This document shows positions 58,831 to 64,000 of a stretch of DNA of 64,000 bases, piece after piece. The notes under the pieces are model-generated. The model did not search any database, was not told the origin of the DNA, and worked only from the letters and a program-made list of their open reading frames with translations. The number at the start of each line of letters is the position of its first letter. Position 1 is the first letter of the stretch. A program made the position numbers and the translations under genes. The DNA is from an uncultured Verrucomicrobiae bacterium (lineage in GTDB: Bacteria > Chlamydiota > Chlamydiia > Chlamydiales > Rhabdochlamydiaceae). The DNA lies in the NCBI GenBank assembly GCA_963806855.1, contig CAWDYW010000001.1, positions 1,312,001 through 1,376,000 on the forward strand, given 5' to 3'.

Positions 58831-59517
58831 ATGACTAGTGGAATTCAAGCAATCGATCTGACCAGAATTGATGGGATTAATACAATTGGTCCTGTAGATC
58901 CCGATATCCTTCAGCAAGCTGAAAGAAGACAACAAATAGCCGACCGTTTTATCTCTTCAGAATCGCTTGAAGATGATAACTATCTAAAAGGCGTTAATTC
59001 GGATATTAACACTCAAGCAATCGCTATAATCGATAAGATTTGCGAACATCAGGGGCAAAAAACCCTAAGTCGGTTGATCTTTGAACTTGTTTCGCGAGTC
59101 TCTGCTGTCGCGGAATCGCACATTCTCCATACAAGAAATCGAAATCGGAATCGCAAAGATAAGATTGATGGGAAAGTGGAGGATCAAAAATCGAACAAAA
59201 ATTGGCAGGCAGTGGCCCATGGTGCTGAGGCTTTCCTCGGTGGATTCTTAAGCTTAGCCGGGGCCCTTCCTATCCCAGTTGCCGATCTTTGTAGGGTGCT
59301 TTCAAGTTTTCCTAGACCTGCCATGGCCATGGTCATTAGTAATTTGGAAGGAAAAAATGTCGAACCGCAGCACGAGTCTTCTCTCTACCTCCAAGAAGTA
59401 CAGTCAGCGAAGCAGGCTATCGAATCGCTCAAGCAACTCCCCGAGCAGCTACGCAACCTGATTCTCGAGTTGATGAGACTTGAATTGCGCGCAATTGAAG
59501 GTATTTCCCAACGTTAG
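58831..59517 (+). CDS. CopD-like (SctB) T3SS minor translocator
   Basis: One hydrophobic segment and an amphipathic C-terminus; operon position. Confidence 0.5.
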   Translation: MTSGIQAIDLTRIDGINTIGPVDPDILQQAERRQQIADRFISSESLEDDNYLKGVNSDINTQAIAIIDKICEHQGQKTLSRLIFELVSRVSAVAESHILHTRNRNRNRKDKIDGKVEDQKSNKNWQAVAHGAEAFLGGFLSLAGALPIPVADLCRVLSSFPRPAMAMVISNLEGKNVEPQHESSLYLQEVQSAKQAIESLKQLPEQLRNLILELMRLELRAIEGISQR

Positions 59518-59688
59518 AGACCTCGTGCATAACTTAGGGTTCGTCGATTTTCGGGATTATTTTGGCCGCTTTTCGATTCAAATTCGGGGGGTCATATGCG
59601 TGAGCCTGATATTACCCCCCGAATTTGAATCGAAAATCGGCTCAAAAGAACCCGAAAATCGACTGAACCTAAATTATGCAAGAGGTCT
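59518..59688. mobile_element. 171-bp long-hairpin RPE-like element, family C
   Basis: AGACCTCGTGCATAACTTAGGGTTCGTCGATTTTCGGG ... CCCGAAAATCGACTGAACCTAAATTATGCAAGAGGTCT with inner stem TTTTCGATTCAAATTCGGGGGG / CCCCCCGAATTTGAATCGAAAA. Confidence 0.85.
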
Positions 59689-59727
59689 ATTTGCTAGGAA
59701 AGGCTCTTTTCGCTAGAGTGAGAAGTT

Positions 59728-60561
59728 ATGGAACCAAGCGAAGAGACAATTCCCCGTAGCCAAGTGATTGAACAGTGGGTCAGCCGCTTCAAACTCACTT
59801 TTTTAGTCTCCATCGGCGAGTATGCCCAACTGCTCGTCGATACGGTCAAAGCGACCCTCTGGCGCCCCCCAAAACTCCATCTAATTCTCAAGCAAATGTA
59901 CAACATCGGAGTCGGGTCGCTCGCGGTCGTCGCCATCACCGGATTCTTCACGGGGCTTGTTCTCGCCGCCCAATCGTTCTACCAGCTTTCGGGCAAAGGA
60001 CTCAGCGGCATCACCGGCCTGATGGTCGGCAAAGCGATGATGACCGAACTGGGGCCAGTGCTCACTGCTTTCATGGTGACAGGACGGGTCGGAGCGGCGA
60101 TGTGCGCTGAGCTGGGGACCATGCGGGTGACCGAGCAAATCGACGCGCTAAAAACGATGGCAGTCAATCCCAACCGCTATCTGGTTGCGCCGCGCCTGAT
60201 CGCCGGGGTGTTTATGATGCCTCTGCTCACCCTATTTAGCACCGTGATGGGGATTTTTGGCGGCTATCTGATTTCGACTTTCTTCTTCGGGATGGCCCCT
60301 TCGGCCTATTTTGACCCGATTCCGATCCATATCAGCATCTTCGACTTCTTCTCTGGCAGCGCCAAAGCCTTTTTCTTTGGGGTGATGATCATGACTATCT
60401 CCTGCTATAAGGGGATGAACACAACCGGCGGTGCAGAAGGGGTGGGCAGAACGACGACACAGAGCGTGGTGATCTGCTATATCGCCATTTTGTTCAGCAA
60501 TTTCTTTCTGACGATGACGCTCAACTTGATCCGTCCCCACATCGTGAGGTTGCTCACTTGA
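59728..60561 (+). CDS. mlaE: MlaE-family ABC permease
   Basis: ELGPVLTAFMVTGRVGAAMCAELGTMRVTEQIDAL; GGAEGVGRTTT. Confidence 0.95.
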   Translation: MEPSEETIPRSQVIEQWVSRFKLTFLVSIGEYAQLLVDTVKATLWRPPKLHLILKQMYNIGVGSLAVVAITGFFTGLVLAAQSFYQLSGKGLSGITGLMVGKAMMTELGPVLTAFMVTGRVGAAMCAELGTMRVTEQIDALKTMAVNPNRYLVAPRLIAGVFMMPLLTLFSTVMGIFGGYLISTFFFGMAPSAYFDPIPIHISIFDFFSGSAKAFFFGVMIMTISCYKGMNTTGGAEGVGRTTTQSVVICYIAILFSNFFLTMTLNLIRPHIVRLLT

Positions 60562-61304
60562 TTAAGATTCGAAGCCTCTGTAAACGGTTTAAGACTCAGA
60601 AGGTCCTGAAAGGACTCAATCTTGATATCCATGAAGGGGAAACGCTGGTGATCCTCGGCCCATCTGGGGGTGGCAAGAGTGTTTTGCTCAAGCATATCAT
60701 CGGCATCTCCAAGCCCGATCAAGGCTTTGTCGAAATCAACGGGGTCAATATCACCGAATTATCGGGGCCTGACCTCTTCCGGGCTGTCAAACGGATGGGG
60801 ATGCTCTTCCAGGGGGCTGCCCTCTTCGACTCGATGACCATTGCGGAGAATACCGGTTTCTATTTAACCGAACATGACGATCCCGAGACCGGCCACAAAA
60901 TCTCCAAGAAAGAGATCGCAGACCGGGTCGACGAAGCGCTCAAAATGGTCGGACTCGATGGGACGCAGAATAAGATGCCAGGCGAGCTGTCGGGAGGAAT
61001 GCGCAAACGGGCGGGACTGGCCCGTCTGATCGTCTACCGTCCACAGATCCTCCTCTATGATGAGCCGACCACAGGACTCGATCCAATTACCGCACAGCAA
61101 ATCAATGAACTCATCGTCGAAACTCAGCACAAATTGAAAGCCACCAGCATCGTCGTCACCCACGATCTCTCCTCCGCCCTCTATGTCGGCGATCGGCTAG
61201 CCCTCATGAGAAATGGTCAAATTGTCCATGTTGGAGAGCCGAATAACTTTATAAAAATGGAAGATCCGATTATTGATTGTTTAAGGAAGGTCATAAATAA
61301 ATGA
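60558..61304 (+). CDS. mlaF: MlaF-family ABC ATPase
   Basis: GPSGGGKS, LSGGMRKR, YDEPTTGLDP. Confidence 0.95.
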   Translation: MIKIRSLCKRFKTQKVLKGLNLDIHEGETLVILGPSGGGKSVLLKHIIGISKPDQGFVEINGVNITELSGPDLFRAVKRMGMLFQGAALFDSMTIAENTGFYLTEHDDPETGHKISKKEIADRVDEALKMVGLDGTQNKMPGELSGGMRKRAGLARLIVYRPQILLYDEPTTGLDPITAQQINELIVETQHKLKATSIVVTHDLSSALYVGDRLALMRNGQIVHVGEPNNFIKMEDPIIDCLRKVINK

Positions 61305-62368
61305 ATACCACCATTAAAAACCTCATCGTCGGGATTTTTATCCTCTGTGCCATCTCGATCTCGGTCGTGACGATCATGTTTCTGAAACCGACCGTCGGCG
61401 ATGGCAAACAGACCATCTATGTCTGCTTTTCCGATATCGGCAGCATCCGCGAAGGAACCCGCGTCCTCTTTGCTGGAAGACCAGTTGGAGAAGTGGTGGC
61501 GATCACCCAAATCGAAGACGCTAGGGCTCACCCAACCGACGGACTTGGCCGGATCTATTCCTACCAGCTGACCCTCCACATCGACTCCAAAACCAAAGTC
61601 TACAATACAGATGAGATCTCGATGCAGACCTCTGGCCTCCTAGGAGAAAAGTCCATCGGGATCACCCCCAAAGCCCCTCTGCACGGCGTCACTCCTAAAC
61701 TGATCACCGACAAGCCAATCTATGCCGATTCGGTCGATAGCATCCAAAACGCCCTCATCGAATTCTCCGATCTCTCCGCCTCGATGGACGAGACCCTCAA
61801 AGGGATCTCCGGCTGGATCAAAGGACATGGAGAAGATCTCGCGACGACGATTAAGGCAGCTGGAAACGCCCTTGATCAGGCCCACGTTGCCATCGCGCAG
61901 CTCAACGAAAATGGCTCCTTTCAAAATCTTGGATCGGTCATGGAAAGCCTCAAAACCGTCTCTAACACCATTTCTCAAGGCGATGGCACCCTAGGAAAGA
62001 TCCTCGTCGGCGATGACCTCTATCTGCAAGCGAATGCCATCATGAGCAAAGCCGACAGCCTGATGAACGATGTGAACCATTATGGAGTGCTCTTTCACCT
62101 CAACAAACAATGGCAACGGACCCGCCTGCAGAAAGTGACCCAACTCAACGCCTTGCAGACACCCCAAAATTTCCGCACCTATTTTCAGACCGAGATCGAC
62201 GATGTCAACGCCTCGATGGCCCGCATCTCGATGCTGATCAACAAAGCCGAAAGCACCCAGATTTTCCAAGAGGCCCAGTTCAAAAAGGATTTCGCCGAGC
62301 TCCTGCGCAAATCAGACGAACTCTGTGAAAACTTGCGCCTCTATAATCAACAACTTAACAAGCCGTAG
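61301..62368 (+). CDS. mlaD: MlaD/MCE-domain protein
   Basis: N-terminal [24 protein letters not shown], helical tail with GTLGKI. Confidence 0.9.
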   Translation: MNTTIKNLIVGIFILCAISISVVTIMFLKPTVGDGKQTIYVCFSDIGSIREGTRVLFAGRPVGEVVAITQIEDARAHPTDGLGRIYSYQLTLHIDSKTKVYNTDEISMQTSGLLGEKSIGITPKAPLHGVTPKLITDKPIYADSVDSIQNALIEFSDLSASMDETLKGISGWIKGHGEDLATTIKAAGNALDQAHVAIAQLNENGSFQNLGSVMESLKTVSNTISQGDGTLGKILVGDDLYLQANAIMSKADSLMNDVNHYGVLFHLNKQWQRTRLQKVTQLNALQTPQNFRTYFQTEIDDVNASMARISMLINKAESTQIFQEAQFKKDFAELLRKSDELCENLRLYNQQLNKP

Positions 62369-62373
62369 AAGAC

Positions 62374-62943
62374 ATGGAACAGCCACCCTATTCAGAACTC
62401 TCCAAAGGAAGTTTTCTCATCGCCAGTCCCGAGATCGACGCAGGGATCTATTTCCGCAGCGTCATCCTCATTTGCGAGCACACCCCCAGCGGGTCCTTCG
62501 GACTCATCATCAATAAGCCAGTCAGCATCGACCTGCCCGAAGATCTGATCAACCTGAAAAACCAAGCCAACCCCCACGTCGGCATCCGCGCCGGCGGCCC
62601 CAACCAGCCCAACCAGATGATGCTGCTCCACTCCTCCGAAGCGCTCGCTGAACAGGCCCTCAAAATCTGCGACGGAGTCTACCTCGGCGGCGACATCCAG
62701 TTCCTCCAGCAAGCGATTAACGATTCCAGCGGTCCCAACCTACTCCTCTGCTTCGGCTTCACTGGCTGGGAGTCGGGCCAACTCGAGCGGGAATTCCTCA
62801 GCGGCAACTGGTTCCTCGCCCCCGGATCTGCCCGCCATGTCTTCGAAACCCCACCCGAAAAAGTGTGGCAAAGCGTCCTCCGCGAGCTCGGGGGCAAATA
62901 CGCCACCCTCTCAATGATCCCCGAGGATCTGAGTCTCAATTAG
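62374..62943 (+). CDS. YqgE/AlgH (UPF0301) protein
   Basis: [37 protein letters not shown]. Confidence 0.92.
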   Translation: MEQPPYSELSKGSFLIASPEIDAGIYFRSVILICEHTPSGSFGLIINKPVSIDLPEDLINLKNQANPHVGIRAGGPNQPNQMMLLHSSEALAEQALKICDGVYLGGDIQFLQQAINDSSGPNLLLCFGFTGWESGQLEREFLSGNWFLAPGSARHVFETPPEKVWQSVLRELGGKYATLSMIPEDLSLN

Positions 62944-62968
62944 TAATGGTTGATGATTTAAATAGAAA

Positions 62969-63004
62969 CGCCTGGACCATATTCTGAATCCAGGCGCATT
63001 TTTT
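62969..63004. terminator. Rho-independent terminator
   Basis: CGCCTGGA...TCCAGGCG followed by a T-run. Confidence 0.6.
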
Positions 63005-63015
63005 AAGCTCTAAGA

Positions 63016-63351
63016 TTACTCTGTAGCTTCGTGAATTTTATGTTTTGCGTTTTCAGCAATTTCTTTGGCTTTATCTTTTGCTTCGACAGCCTTATCTTCG
63101 GCTTTCTCAGCAAGTTCTTTCGCCTTATCTTTTGTGTTTTCAGCAACTTCTTTGACTTTATCTTTTGCTTCGACCGCTTTATCTTTTGCGTTTTCAGCAA
63201 CTTCTTTCGCCTTATCTTTTGCTTCACTAGCCTTGTCTTCAACTTTCTTTACGGCGTCGCTAGCAGTATGGTTACTTGCATGTCCATTAGCGAGTATACC
63301 GCATAAAATTAAAAGAGCTATTGATGGTATTGTTTTTGAATTGAATTTCAT
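63016..63351 (-). CDS. Exported LEA-like K/E/A repeat protein
   Basis: Signal peptide, then 11-mer and 7-mer repeats (AKEVAENAKDK, AVEAKDK); RBS AAGGAG. Confidence 0.75.
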   Translation of the reverse strand: MKFNSKTIPSIALLILCGILANGHASNHTASDAVKKVEDKASEAKDKAKEVAENAKDKAVEAKDKVKEVAENTKDKAKELAEKAEDKAVEAKDKAKEIAENAKHKIHEATE

Positions 63352-63532
63352 AGAAGTGCTCCTTTTTTTTTAATTTACGTTCCTTACTTTCGCACGAAAA
63401 ATTTGGAACTTATTTGAATAAAGGCATTATTTTTTTCAAAATAATATCGTTATTTGTACCACTCTACTAAATAGCGGTAATATTTGCAAGATTTATTTAT
63501 GAGGATTTGAGCCTTTGCGTTACAATGAATCC

Positions 63533-64000
63533 ATGAGCCTATCGGTCCGAGAGCGGATCCAGACCTTTTTCCGTGTCAGAAGCGAGCCCAAAATGGGGAC
63601 CTTTACCGGGGTCTTTTTGCCTAACATTCTCCAGATGGTGGGTGTGCTGCTCTTCATGCGCCTTGGATGGATTCTCGGCTGTGTCGGCCTGCCGAATATG
63701 CTCGCGATCCTCACCCTCTCTTCGAGCATCCTCTTTGTCACAGCCCTATCCATCTCCTCCATCGTCTCCAACATGAAGGTCGGAAGCGGCGGGGCCTACT
63801 ACATCATCTCCAGGATCCTCGGGGTCGAATTTGGCAGCGCGATCGGCATTTTGCTCTGCCTGGCCCAAATCGCCTCGATCGCCATCTGTGTCTGTGGATT
63901 TTCCCTCTCTATTCAAGAGTTTTTCCCCTATCTCTCGATCACAGCAATTAAAAGTTTGACCTTGTGCGGCCTCGTCTTAATCTCCACGATCTCTACATCG
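63533..64000 (+). CDS. Cation-chloride cotransporter (SLC12-like) APC permease, 5' part (runs off the window)
   Basis: Manual translation MGTFTGVFLPNILQMVGVLLFMRLGW...SNMKVGSGGAYYIISRILGVEFGSAIG. Confidence 0.85.
   Translation, partial: MSLSVRERIQTFFRVRSEPKMGTFTGVFLPNILQMVGVLLFMRLGWILGCVGLPNMLAILTLSSSILFVTALSISSIVSNMKVGSGGAYYIISRILGVEFGSAIGILLCLAQIASIAICVCGFSLSIQEFFPYLSITAIKSLTLCGLVLISTISTS

Overview
Chromosomal window from an environmental Chlamydiae bacterium. The assignment rests on a Pkn1 kinase-FGE fusion, chlamydial-type FabI, RNase HIII, a HctB-like histone protein next to holA, hemW-CT053-like-sucA-sucB synteny and a SycD/CopB/CopD-like T3SS translocator operon. The backbone is housekeeping: moaD/moeB, ispH, recN, gatCAB, xerD, adk, fdx-iscA, sucAB-lpd, nfeD-floA, tamAB, mlaEFD and yqgE. 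AT-rich accessory pieces interrupt it: a HigBA-like TA pair, yhcG, an F-box-like ORF, an AbiEi/truncated AbiEii plus arsM-arsR islet, and Inc-like or effector-like orphans. Best leads: (1) a chimeric xerD'-gatB' junction joined at a 6-bp microhomology, whose duplicated gene ends differ mostly at synonymous sites, suggesting capture of a circularised cassette from a related strain; (2) at least four families of palindromic repeats, one inserted in frame (29 codons, TA duplication) into the signal peptide of a glycosyltransferase; (3) a Nif11-type RiPP precursor directly behind moaD-moeB; (4) several small unannotated proteins. Many frameshifts sit in homopolymer runs of otherwise intact genes (adk, sucA, pkn1) and are probably sequencing errors. 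No rRNA, tRNA, CRISPR array, transposase or reverse transcriptase was recognised. All family calls come from motif recognition by eye, not from database searches.
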